Assembly (NCBI GenBank): GCA_963832165.1
Contig: CAWHTE010000003.1
Span: forward strand, 352,001 to 416,000
DNA from: an uncultured delta proteobacterium
Lineage (GTDB): Bacteria; Myxococcota_A; UBA9160; SMWR01
Reading direction: 5' to 3'
Length of the DNA stretch: 64,000 nt
Shown: one piece after another, positions 51,981 to 60,515 of the stretch
Layout of the letters: each line of letters begins with the position of its first letter
Numbering within the stretch: the stretch's first letter is position 1
The notes under the pieces: model-generated
What the model was told of the DNA's origin: nothing
Databases searched by the model: none
Seen by the model: only the letters and a program-made list of their open reading frames with translations
Program-made: the position numbers and the translations under genes

Positions 51981-52550
51981 ATGCCTATTCACATCGCCAT
52001 CACCCGACGTGCTCGGCCGGGCTGCGAGGATGAATTTCGAGAGGCCCTGTGCGATTTCTTTCAGGCCTCGTTCGCGGAGCGCGGCGTGTTGGGCGCCTGC
52101 ATGATCGTGCCGCCTCCTGGGTCACCGACGTCTGAATTCGGCATTCTCCGAACGTTCGCCAGCGAACGCGATCGCGATGCCTTCTACGAATCGCCACTCT
52201 TCAAGTCCTGGCAGGAGAGGAGCAGGCCGCTGGCCGAAGAGGAGTGGGTGGTTCGCGAACTGCACGGACTCGAAGCGTGGTTTCGATCGCCCCAAGGTCC
52301 ACCGGCGCGGTGGAAGATGGCCGTGCTCGTCTGGATGGGTGTGTGGCCCGTCAGCATGGCCATGCAAGCCCTGCTGATTCCATGGCTCGGTCCTGCCGTT
52401 CCCCATGTCGTCGCTGCCGGCGCAATCTCCGGTGCGACCGTGGTCATCCTCACCTGGATTGCCATGCCGCTGCTGGTCACGGTCGCGCACCGATGGCTTC
52501 AACCGATCCAACGCTCGGATCGCGAGCGCGCCAAGGGCAGAGCGCAATGA
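51981..52550 (+). CDS. Antibiotic biosynthesis monooxygenase (ABM)-like membrane protein
   Basis: ITRRARPGCEDEF, GLEAWF, PARWKMA, two TM helices, WIAMP. Confidence 0.85.
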   Translation: MPIHIAITRRARPGCEDEFREALCDFFQASFAERGVLGACMIVPPPGSPTSEFGILRTFASERDRDAFYESPLFKSWQERSRPLAEEEWVVRELHGLEAWFRSPQGPPARWKMAVLVWMGVWPVSMAMQALLIPWLGPAVPHVVAAGAISGATVVILTWIAMPLLVTVAHRWLQPIQRSDRERAKGRAQ

Positions 52551-53335
52551 CCGAATGGGACGCCGCCGGCTATGCCCGCCAATCGACGCTGCAAAAGTGG
52601 TTGGCGGACGAGTGCCTCGCCGGGCTCGATCTCGGCGGCGTCGAGCGCGTGCTCGACATCGGCTGTGGCGACGGGAAGATCACGGCGGAGATCGCCGGCC
52701 GCCTGGACCGGGGCACGGTGCTCGGCGTGGATCCGTCGACGCAGATGATCGCCTTCGCGCGGGAGCAGTTCGCCCACTCGCATAACAACCTGGCTTTCGA
52801 GGTCGGCGACGCTCGCGACCTGCCGTTCCACGATGAGTTCGATCTCGTGGTCTCGTTCAATGCCCTGCACTGGGTGCCGGAGCAAAGCGCCGCGCTTGCT
52901 CGCATCCGCGCGGCGCTCACGTCCTCGGGCCGCGCCGTGCTGCAATTCGTCCCCCAAGGCGAACGGAAATCGCTCGAGGACGTCCTCGAAGAGGTGCGCA
53001 GCACGCCGCGCTGGGCCGGATACTTCTCCGGCTATCGGCGGCCCTTCGTCCATGTCACCGCGGACGAATATTCAGCCATGCTGGCGGACAACGGCCTGCG
53101 CCTCGACGGCGCCGACACGGAGCTCAAGTCATGGGATTTCGGCAGCCGCGACGGGTTCGTCCACTTCGCGGAGGTCACCTTCGTCGAGTGGACACGCATG
53201 CTCCCGCCCCAGAGTCGTGCGGCCTTCATCGAAGACGTCCTCGACACCTACGGCGCGCTCGGCGATGGCACGACGGCCGATGCCAACGTCTTCCGTTTCT
53301 ATCAAATGCGCGTGGTCCTGCGCCGCGCGTCTTGA
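52547..53335 (+). CDS. Class I SAM-dependent methyltransferase (Tam-like)
   Basis: WDAAGY, VLDIGCGDG, GVDPS, GDA, FDLVVSFNALHWV. Confidence 0.92.
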   Translation: MTEWDAAGYARQSTLQKWLADECLAGLDLGGVERVLDIGCGDGKITAEIAGRLDRGTVLGVDPSTQMIAFAREQFAHSHNNLAFEVGDARDLPFHDEFDLVVSFNALHWVPEQSAALARIRAALTSSGRAVLQFVPQGERKSLEDVLEEVRSTPRWAGYFSGYRRPFVHVTADEYSAMLADNGLRLDGADTELKSWDFGSRDGFVHFAEVTFVEWTRMLPPQSRAAFIEDVLDTYGALGDGTTADANVFRFYQMRVVLRRAS

Positions 53336-53755
53336 CGGTCCACGGATGGCTGCAGGATCTCTGGAAGTAGCCTGATCCGCGCCGGAAGTCGGAGCAGGGC
53401 TCGGCAGGGGATCCGGCGCTGAGCCCGCCTCCCCGACCTATATGGGGTGCTCTGGAGGTCCCTGAGCGGCGCTGAGAGCCGTCGCAGGAGTCGCCCGCGG
53501 GAATGCCGGGGCTCCTCGACACCGCGTCGCATGAGGAAGCGTTCCAAGTGGGCTCCGTGATTGCGGCCTCGCCTATCTTTGATAGATTCCGCGGGCTTAC
53601 AAAACGGAGTCGCGCTCGCGACCCGTGTTCTTCCAGCGACTCGAAGCTTTCGTCCCGGCCCGTTCCAATGTTTGGGCCTGGAGAGTGGATCGAGTGGCGG
53701 CAGCGCGCGGGAAAACGGGCGCAAACGGAGAGTTCGATCTGGGCTCTCCGATCGC

Positions 53756-53788
53756 AAAGTGGGCGCTCCGTCCGCTTTTTTCTTTTTT
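53756..53788 (+). promoter_or_regulatory. rimP leader hairpin / attenuator-like terminator
   Basis: AAAGTGGGCG-CTC-CGTCCGCTTT plus a long T tract directly before rimP. Confidence 0.75.
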
Positions 53789-53825
53789 GGGCCCAGATTG
53801 AGGGCGAACGAAATCTTGCAACACG

Positions 53826-54323
53826 GTGTACAGCGATATTCCGCCGGAGCTGCGCGCATTGATCGAGCCGATCGTGGAAGCACACGGCTACGAGCTAGTC
53901 GACGTCGACGTGCGCCGCGGACGCCCGCCCTGGCTGGTGCGGATCACGATCGACACGCCGCAGGGCGATGGCCGCGTGCCGATCGATCGCTGCGCGGAGA
54001 TTTCGCGCGAAGTGGGCACGCAGCTCGATGCCGAGGATGCGATCGAGCGCACGTACCGGCTCGAGGTGTCGTCGCCGGGTCTCTCGCGCGTGCTCGCGCG
54101 CGAGCGCGATTTCGCAGCGTCGTGTGGCTTCGACGTGAGCCTCGAGACACGGCGGCCGCTCGAGGGGCGTCGGCGGTTTCGTGGGCGACTCGAGAGCTTC
54201 GACGGCGCGGTGGCGCGCATGCTCGTCGACGGAGTCTCGTTCGAGATCCCGTTCGCCGAGGTGGCGCGCGGGCACCGCATCTACGACGTCACCGCGGCGG
54301 ACTTCGCGCGCCCGAAGCGCTGA
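53826..54323 (+). CDS. rimP: Ribosome maturation factor RimP
   Basis: GYELVDV, LVRITID, IDRCAEISR, YRLEVSSPGL, GRRRFRGRL. Confidence 0.96.
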   Translation: MYSDIPPELRALIEPIVEAHGYELVDVDVRRGRPPWLVRITIDTPQGDGRVPIDRCAEISREVGTQLDAEDAIERTYRLEVSSPGLSRVLARERDFAASCGFDVSLETRRPLEGRRRFRGRLESFDGAVARMLVDGVSFEIPFAEVARGHRIYDVTAADFARPKR

Positions 54324-54348
54324 TGCGCATCGCGGTGGAGGCAATCCA

Positions 54349-55665
54349 ATGCTCGGTCTGAAACGCGAGATCGATCAGGTCGCCAAGGACAAGGGACTCG
54401 ATTCCAAGGAGATCATCGCCGCGCTCGAAGAGGCGATGCGCCAGGCCGCCAAGCGCGAGCGCGGTCTCGAGACCGAGATCGACGCGCGTTTCAACGAAGA
54501 GCTCGGCGAGATCGAGCTGTTCGAGTTCCGCCAGGTCGTCGACGAGGTCACGGACAAGAACTCGCACATCAGTCTCCAGGACGCGAAGGTGTTCGATCCG
54601 GACGCCGAGGTCGGCGACGAGATCGGCGTCAAGGTCGATACCTCGAGCTTCGGCCGCATCCTCGCCCAGACCGCCAAGCAGGTGATCATCCAGCGGATCC
54701 GCGAAGCGGAGCGCGACACCGTCTTCGAAGAGTACAAGGACCGCGCTCACGAGATCGTGAACGGGATCGTCCGGCGCTTCGAGAAGGGCGCGATCATCAT
54801 CGATCTCGGACGTGCCGAGGCGGTGATTCCGCCCAAGGAGCAGGTGCCGCGCGAGAACTACCGGCCCAACGACCGGATCCGCGCCTACGTGGTCGAGGTG
54901 AACAAGAACTCCAAGGGCTCGCAGATCGTGCTGTCACGGGCGAACCTCGAGATGCTCACGAAGCTGTTCGAGCAGGAGGTCCCCGAGATCTACGAGGGGA
55001 TCGTCGAGATCAAGGCCGCTGCGCGCGAGCCGGGCGGGCGATCGAAGATCGCCGTCGCGTCGCGCGACAGCGATGTGGACCCCGTCGGCGCGTGCGTGGG
55101 CATGAAGGGCAGCCGCGTGCAGGCGGTGGTGCAGGAGCTGCGCGGCGAGCGGATCGACATCGTGCCGTGGAGCGCGGATCCCGCGCGTTATGTGTGCTCC
55201 GCGCTGTCGCCGGCAGCGGTGTCGAAGGTGATCATCGACGACGCACAGAGGTCGATGGACGTGATCGTCCCCGACGATCAGCTCTCGCTCGCGATCGGCC
55301 GCAAGGGCCAGAACGTGAGGCTCGCGGTTCAGCTCACGGGTTGGCGCATCGACATCAAGAGCGAGTCGAAGATGCGCGAGCTCGCGCGCTGGCTGTCCGA
55401 GGCGGTGTCGGTCGTGGAGGGCTGCGGCGATGCGGACGCCGAACTGCTGCTCCAGCAGGGCATCACGTCGCTCGAGGACCTCGCGCACTGCGACAACGAT
55501 CTGCTCACGCAGATGCCGGGCATCGACGATGCGGGCGCGGCCGCGATCAAGAAGCGCGCCGGCGAGCTCGCGCTGCAGAAGCGCAAGCAGGAGGAAGAGG
55601 CGGCGCGGCGCGCGGCCGAGGCAGCGGCGACTCCGGTCGAGGATCCGGGGGCGAAGGGTCGTTAG
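54349..55665 (+). CDS. nusA: Transcription factor NusA
   Basis: FGRILAQTAKQVIIQ, LFEQEVPEI, AREPGGRSKIAV, GACVGMKGSRVQ, LAIGRKGQNVRLA. Confidence 0.98.
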   Translation: MLGLKREIDQVAKDKGLDSKEIIAALEEAMRQAAKRERGLETEIDARFNEELGEIELFEFRQVVDEVTDKNSHISLQDAKVFDPDAEVGDEIGVKVDTSSFGRILAQTAKQVIIQRIREAERDTVFEEYKDRAHEIVNGIVRRFEKGAIIIDLGRAEAVIPPKEQVPRENYRPNDRIRAYVVEVNKNSKGSQIVLSRANLEMLTKLFEQEVPEIYEGIVEIKAAAREPGGRSKIAVASRDSDVDPVGACVGMKGSRVQAVVQELRGERIDIVPWSADPARYVCSALSPAAVSKVIIDDAQRSMDVIVPDDQLSLAIGRKGQNVRLAVQLTGWRIDIKSESKMRELARWLSEAVSVVEGCGDADAELLLQQGITSLEDLAHCDNDLLTQMPGIDDAGAAAIKKRAGELALQKRKQEEEAARRAAEAAATPVEDPGAKGR

Positions 55666-55696
55666 AGAGCAGGGCGCATAGCGGCCGACCCTCGCA

Positions 55697-55732
55697 GGGC
55701 GCGCGCAGCGAGCCGAAGGCGAGCGAAGACCA
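55697..55732 (+). repeat. GA-hairpin repeat copy
   Basis: GGGCGCGCGCAGCGAGCCGAAGGCGAGCGAAGACCA between nusA and infB. Confidence 0.85.
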
Positions 55733-55745
55733 GCAGAAAGGCGGA

Positions 55746-58193
55746 ATGGCGAACATCAGGGCATACAAGCTGGCGGAAGAGCTCGGGATCGACCGGGCCG
55801 CGATCGTCGATCGCGCAGCCGAGGTCGGCATCGAGCTCAAGAGCCCGATGGCCGGGGTCGACGAAGAGACCGCCGCGCTCCTGCGCGAGAAGCTCGGCAA
55901 GGTTGCCGAGACGACCTCCGTCATGACCGAGCGGCGCGTCCAGCGGACGGGCGGCGGTGCGGCCGTGATCCGCCGGCGCAAGGCCGCACCCGTCGAGCTG
56001 CCGCCCGAGCCCGAGCCCGTCGCCGACGAGATTGCCGCATCGGGCGCCGAGCCGATCGCGGTCGAGCCGGAGCCCATCTCCGACGAGCGGGAGTCCGTCC
56101 CCGAGGAGCCGCTCGTCGAGGTCACCGAGCCCGAGCCCGCTCCGCGTCCGATCGCCGCCCAGGCGGGCGAGACAGGGACCTCGCGGCCGATCGGGGGTCT
56201 CCGACTCGCGCCCGACGCGCCGGAGCGCGCCCCGGGGCCCGACCGCTCCGGCCGTCAGCGCAAGCTCGTTCGCGAGGTGGTGAACCTGCGTGAGCAGGAG
56301 ACGCTCGCGCGCCAGGCCGTCGGCCGCGCGCCGGTGCGTCGCCAGGTGACGGTGGATCCGCGCACTGCGGCGTCGCCGCGGCGCAAGCGGCGCGACGCGC
56401 TCAATCGTCCTGCGGCAGCGCGCTCCGCTTCCGATCAGCGCCGCATGCTCCGCATCGAGGGTTCGATCTCCGTCGGCGAGCTCGCGCGTCAGCTCGGGTC
56501 GAAGGCGCCCGATGTCCAGCGCAAGCTGATGGCGCTCGGCACGATGGTCTCGATCAACACGTCGATCGACGTGGCCACCGCCGCGAAGGTGGCCGCCGAG
56601 TTCGGCTTCGACGTGCAGGACACCGGCTTCAAGGAGCAGGCGTACTTCGCAACGCCCAGCGAAGCGGCGATCGAAGGCCTGAAGCCGCGCCCGCCGATCG
56701 TGACCGTGATGGGCCACGTCGACCACGGCAAGACCTCGCTGCTCGACGCGATCCGCCATGCGAACGTGGTGGAGGGCGAGGCGGGCGGCATCACTCAACA
56801 CATCGGTGCGTATCAGGCGCGCGTGGGCGACGGCGTGATCACGTTCATCGACACGCCCGGCCACGCGGCGTTCACGGAGATGCGTGCGCGCGGCGCGAAG
56901 GTGACCGACCTCGTGATCCTCGTCGTGGCGGCCACCGAGGGCGTGATGCCCCAGACGGTCGAGGCGATCGAGCACGCGAAGGCCGCCAACGTGCCGATCG
57001 TGGTCGCGGTCAACAAGATCGATCTGCCCGGCGCGAATCCGTCGCTGATCCGCCAGCGCCTCATGGAGCACGGGCTCGTCGCCGAGGAGTTCGGCGGCGA
57101 GACGATCAGCGCCGAAGTGTCGGCGACCAAGGGCACCGGGATCGAGAAGCTGCTCGAGATGGTGCTGCTCCAGGCCGAGGTGCTCGAGCTCAGGGCCGAT
57201 CCGGACCAGCGTGCGTCCGGCATCGTGCTCGAGGCGAGCCTGGACAAGGGCAAGGGCCCGGTCGCGACGGTGCTAGTCCAGCAGGGAACACTGCGGCGCG
57301 GCGACACCGTCGTCGTGGGAACGAGCTTCGGCCGCGTGCGCGCGATGGACGACGAGCACGGCAAGCGCGTCGACGAGGCCGGCCCGTCGGTGCCCGTGCA
57401 GATCAACGGCCTGATCTCGGTTCCCGAGGCGGGCGATCCGTTCAACGTGGTCGAGAGCGAGCGCGTCGCCAAGGACATCGTCGCGCACCGCGAATCGGAG
57501 CAGCGCGAGCGCCCCGTCGCGGCTCCGGCGCGGCTCACGCTCGACGAATTCTTCGCGCATGCCGAGGGCGGCGGCGTGAAAGAGCTGCAGGTCGTGCTCA
57601 AGGCCGACACGCAGGGCTCGGTCGAGGCGCTGCGCGCTTCGCTGCTCGATCTCTCGACCGATTCGGTCAAGGTCGACGTGCTGCTCGCGTCCGTCGGTGC
57701 GATCACGGAGACGGACGTCATGCTCGCGAAGGCGAGCGAGGGCATCATCGTCGGCTTCCACGTGCGCCCCGACCCGGCTGCGCGGCGCGCCGCCGAAGGG
57801 CAGGGCGTCGAGATCCGCATCTATCAGGTGATCTACGAGGTCGTCGACGACGTCCGCAAGGCGATGGCGGGCCTGCTGCCGCCGACGATCAGCGAGAAGT
57901 TCGAGGGCCGCGCCGAGGTGCGCGACACGTTCAGCGTTCCGCGCGTGGGCACGATCGCCGGGTGCCACGTGGGCGAAGGCAAGGTGCGCCGCGGCGCCTC
58001 GTGCCGACTGCTGCGCGACGGCGTCCAGATCTACGAAGGGCGCATCACCTCGCTCAAGCGCTTCAAGGACGATGTGCGCGAGGTGAACTCGGGCTTCGAG
58101 TGCGGCCTCGGCATCGAGGGCTACAACGACGTGAAGGTTGGCGACGTCGTCGAAACGTACGTGCTCGAGGAGAAGCCGGCGACGCTCGAATGA
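55746..58193 (+). CDS. infB: Translation initiation factor IF-2
   Basis: [12 protein letters not shown]-terminus, [34 protein letters not shown]. Confidence 0.98.
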   Translation: MANIRAYKLAEELGIDRAAIVDRAAEVGIELKSPMAGVDEETAALLREKLGKVAETTSVMTERRVQRTGGGAAVIRRRKAAPVELPPEPEPVADEIAASGAEPIAVEPEPISDERESVPEEPLVEVTEPEPAPRPIAAQAGETGTSRPIGGLRLAPDAPERAPGPDRSGRQRKLVREVVNLREQETLARQAVGRAPVRRQVTVDPRTAASPRRKRRDALNRPAAARSASDQRRMLRIEGSISVGELARQLGSKAPDVQRKLMALGTMVSINTSIDVATAAKVAAEFGFDVQDTGFKEQAYFATPSEAAIEGLKPRPPIVTVMGHVDHGKTSLLDAIRHANVVEGEAGGITQHIGAYQARVGDGVITFIDTPGHAAFTEMRARGAKVTDLVILVVAATEGVMPQTVEAIEHAKAANVPIVVAVNKIDLPGANPSLIRQRLMEHGLVAEEFGGETISAEVSATKGTGIEKLLEMVLLQAEVLELRADPDQRASGIVLEASLDKGKGPVATVLVQQGTLRRGDTVVVGTSFGRVRAMDDEHGKRVDEAGPSVPVQINGLISVPEAGDPFNVVESERVAKDIVAHRESEQRERPVAAPARLTLDEFFAHAEGGGVKELQVVLKADTQGSVEALRASLLDLSTDSVKVDVLLASVGAITETDVMLAKASEGIIVGFHVRPDPAARRAAEGQGVEIRIYQVIYEVVDDVRKAMAGLLPPTISEKFEGRAEVRDTFSVPRVGTIAGCHVGEGKVRRGASCRLLRDGVQIYEGRITSLKRFKDDVREVNSGFECGLGIEGYNDVKVGDVVETYVLEEKPATLE

Positions 58194-58531
58194 TCGTGGG
58201 CGCCTGCGTCGTCGAGCTGCACATCGAGGGCGCCCAATCACTCAAGGCGAAACGCGGCGTGGTCCGATCGATCGTGCGGCGCGTGCGCAACGAGTTCAAC
58301 CTCGCCGTGACGGAGATCGGCGGTCAGGACACCTGGCAATATGCGGCGCTCGGGCTCGCCGCCGGGGGCGCGGACGCCGCGAGCGTGCGCACGGTGCTCG
58401 AGCGCGCGGGCAACTTCATCGAGGAACTCCACCTCGCGCGCGTGTTGTCGGCCGACATCGAAGTCGTCGATCTGCCGCACGACGAACGGCCCTGGGATCC
58501 CGAAGGCGAAGACGAAGGCGAGGACGAGTGA
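58190..58531 (+). CDS. DUF503 (YlxP) family protein
   Basis: MIVG...L.I.GAQSLKAKRGVV, FNLAVTEI...DTWQ; typical position between infB and rbfA. Confidence 0.9.
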   Translation: MIVGACVVELHIEGAQSLKAKRGVVRSIVRRVRNEFNLAVTEIGGQDTWQYAALGLAAGGADAASVRTVLERAGNFIEELHLARVLSADIEVVDLPHDERPWDPEGEDEGEDE

Positions 58532-58961
58532 CGAGGCGTACCGAACGCATCGCGGGGGAGCTGCTCGCAGAGCTCTCGCGCCTGCTCCGCGAGGAGGTCA
58601 CCGATCCGCGCGTGGGCGTCGTCACGCTCACGCGCATCGACGTGGCACCCGACCTCACCCACGCACTCGTGTTCTGGAGCGCACTCGATCTCGGGAGCGA
58701 GCGCATCGACGAGCACCAGGCCGGACTCGACAGCGCATCGCCGTTCCTGCGCCGCCGGATCGCGAGCGAGCTGCCGCTCAAGCGCAGCCCCGAGCTGCGC
58801 TTCCGCTACGATCCATCGCTGGCGCTCGGAGCCCAGACGCTCTCGATGCTCGCAAGTTTAGGCGGCGAAGGCGAGCGAAGCCAGAAGACGGTTTCGCGCA
58901 GCGAGCCGAAGGCGAGCTCGAGCCGGACGAGGCGGAGGGGAACGATGGCCCGGAGAGGTAG
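58528..58961 (+). CDS. rbfA: Ribosome-binding factor A; 3' end uncertain (reads in frame into truB as assembled)
   Basis: RTERIAGE, DPRV..VTLTRIDVAPDL, FLRRRI, RSPELRFRYD. Confidence 0.93.
58866..58917 (+). repeat. Partial and near-complete GA-hairpin repeat copies in the rbfA tail
   Basis: CGAAGGCGAGCGAAG and GTTTCGCGCAGCGAGCCGAAGGCGAGC. Confidence 0.8.
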
Positions 58962-59895
58962 GCGCCGGAACGTCGAAGCGCCGGGTGCATCGGGCTTTCT
59001 CGTCGTCGACAAGCCCGCGGGCTGGACGTCGCACGACGTGGTCGATGCCGCGCGCGGCTGGTTCGGCACGCGCCGCGTCGGGCATCTCGGGACGCTCGAC
59101 CCGCTCGCCACGGGCGTGCTGCCGCTCGCGATTCGCGCGGCGACGAAGCTCGTGCCCTACGTGCAGGATCGCGACAAGGGCTATGCGGGCGCGATCCGGC
59201 TCGGACGCGTCACCGACACACTCGACGCCGAGGGACGCGTGCTGCGCGAGCACTCGGGCCCGTGGCCCGACGAGGCGCGCGTCGAGGAGGCGATGCAGAC
59301 TCTGGTCGGCGACCTCGAGCAGGTGCCGCCGATGTTCTCTGCGGTCAAGAAGGACGGCGTGCCGCTGCACAAGCTCGCGCGCGAGGGACGCGAGGTCGAG
59401 CGCGATCCGAAGCTCGTACACATCGAGCGCTTCGAGCTGCGCAAGTACGATCCGCCGCGGCTCGAGATTGCGGTCGAGTGCTCGGGCGGCACCTACGTGC
59501 GCGTGCTCGCGGCCGATCTCGGCGAGCGGCTCGGCTGCGGCGCACATCTCGCGGATCTGCGCCGCACGCGCAGCGGCCCGTTCACGCTCGATCAGGCGAC
59601 TTCGCCCGAGACGCTGCGCGTGGAGGCCGAGTCGGGAGAGATCGAGCGGCGCCTGATCTCGCCGCTCTCGGTGCTCGGCCTGCCCGCGCTGCGGCTGTCC
59701 GCCGACGAGGTGCAGCGGGTCGCGCAGGGGTCCGATATCGCCGCGGACATCCCGCCTGAGGTGCCCGGCACCCGCATGGTGGCGCACGACGACGAGGGCA
59801 GGGTGATCGGCATTCTCGAGCTGCGGCCCGGCCGCCGGCTGCGCCCGCTGCGCGTCGTAGACTGGGACGGCGCGCCGTTTGCGGGGCGCCGTTAG
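58945..59895 (+). CDS. truB: tRNA pseudouridine(55) synthase
   Basis: [58 protein letters not shown]. Confidence 0.97.
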   Translation: MARRGRRRNVEAPGASGFLVVDKPAGWTSHDVVDAARGWFGTRRVGHLGTLDPLATGVLPLAIRAATKLVPYVQDRDKGYAGAIRLGRVTDTLDAEGRVLREHSGPWPDEARVEEAMQTLVGDLEQVPPMFSAVKKDGVPLHKLAREGREVERDPKLVHIERFELRKYDPPRLEIAVECSGGTYVRVLAADLGERLGCGAHLADLRRTRSGPFTLDQATSPETLRVEAESGEIERRLISPLSVLGLPALRLSADEVQRVAQGSDIAADIPPEVPGTRMVAHDDEGRVIGILELRPGRRLRPLRVVDWDGAPFAGRR

Positions 59896-60011
59896 CTCTG
59901 CAAGACTCCTGCATTCTCTGGGGTTTCGCACCCGCTATTTCAAGAGCTGGAGTGCATCCCACCCCGAAGTACTCGCGTACCACAGCCGGTGCGCCGATAA
60001 AGGAAGTGAAC

Positions 60012-60278
60012 TTGATCGCCAGTCTGCAGAAGCAAGCGACCGTCGACGCGAATCGCGTCCATGAAACCGATACCGGGTCGCCCGAAGTGCAGGTGGCGCT
60101 CTTGACGGAGAGGATCAACGGCCTCTCCACGCACTTCGAGGTCCACGCAAAGGACCATCACTCGCGCCGTGGGCTGCTCAAGCTGGTGAGCCAGCGCCGA
60201 CGCCTCCTGAACTACTTGAGGAGGACCCAGCCCGACCGATATCGGGCACTGATCGAGAAGCTGGGGTTGCGCCGATAG
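60012..60278 (+). CDS. rpsO: 30S ribosomal protein S15
   Basis: [33 protein letters not shown]. Confidence 0.98.
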   Translation: MIASLQKQATVDANRVHETDTGSPEVQVALLTERINGLSTHFEVHAKDHHSRRGLLKLVSQRRRLLNYLRRTQPDRYRALIEKLGLRR

Positions 60279-60349
60279 TCGGCAGCAATCCCGCGGCGGC
60301 TGTCACCAGCGCACCGCCGACCATGGAGGTGAAACGCCTCCACCATTCC

Positions 60350-60467
60350 GGGCGACGTGGAGTGCGTCGTTGTGGAATGCGGAAGTCCGCCATACGCGAA
60401 GTCACACTCGCGCATCGCCGATTCCGCATTCCCGCGCGTCTCCAAACCGACCTCCAGAGCGTCGCCC
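60350..60467 (+). promoter_or_regulatory. Long stem-loop in the pnp leader
   Basis: GGGCGACG pairs with CGTCGCCC; GGAATGCGGAA pairs with TTCCGCATTCC. Confidence 0.7.
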
Positions 60468-60515
60468 CAGACACCCGGCCCCAAACATCGGGCCGGGAGG
60501 AGATGCAAAGGCAAC

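Noticed and set aside
53343..53379. Hairpin loosely resembling SRP RNA helix 8 (CAGG...GGAAGTAGCC)
   Set aside because: Lacks the GNRA tetraloop and the long 4.5S stem
48373..53500. Prophage or integrative element
   Set aside because: No integrase, transposase, phage genes or att-like direct repeats were seen
55092..55745. N-terminal extension of IF-2 in the 1033-aa ORF
   Set aside because: Overlaps nusA in another frame; the IF-2 N-terminal motif and RBS place the start at 55746
59993..60000. Perfect GCCGATAA before rpsO as a fifth sigma28-like site
   Set aside because: No matching -35 element at the 15-nt spacing (TCGCG), and it abuts the RBS, leaving no room for a leader
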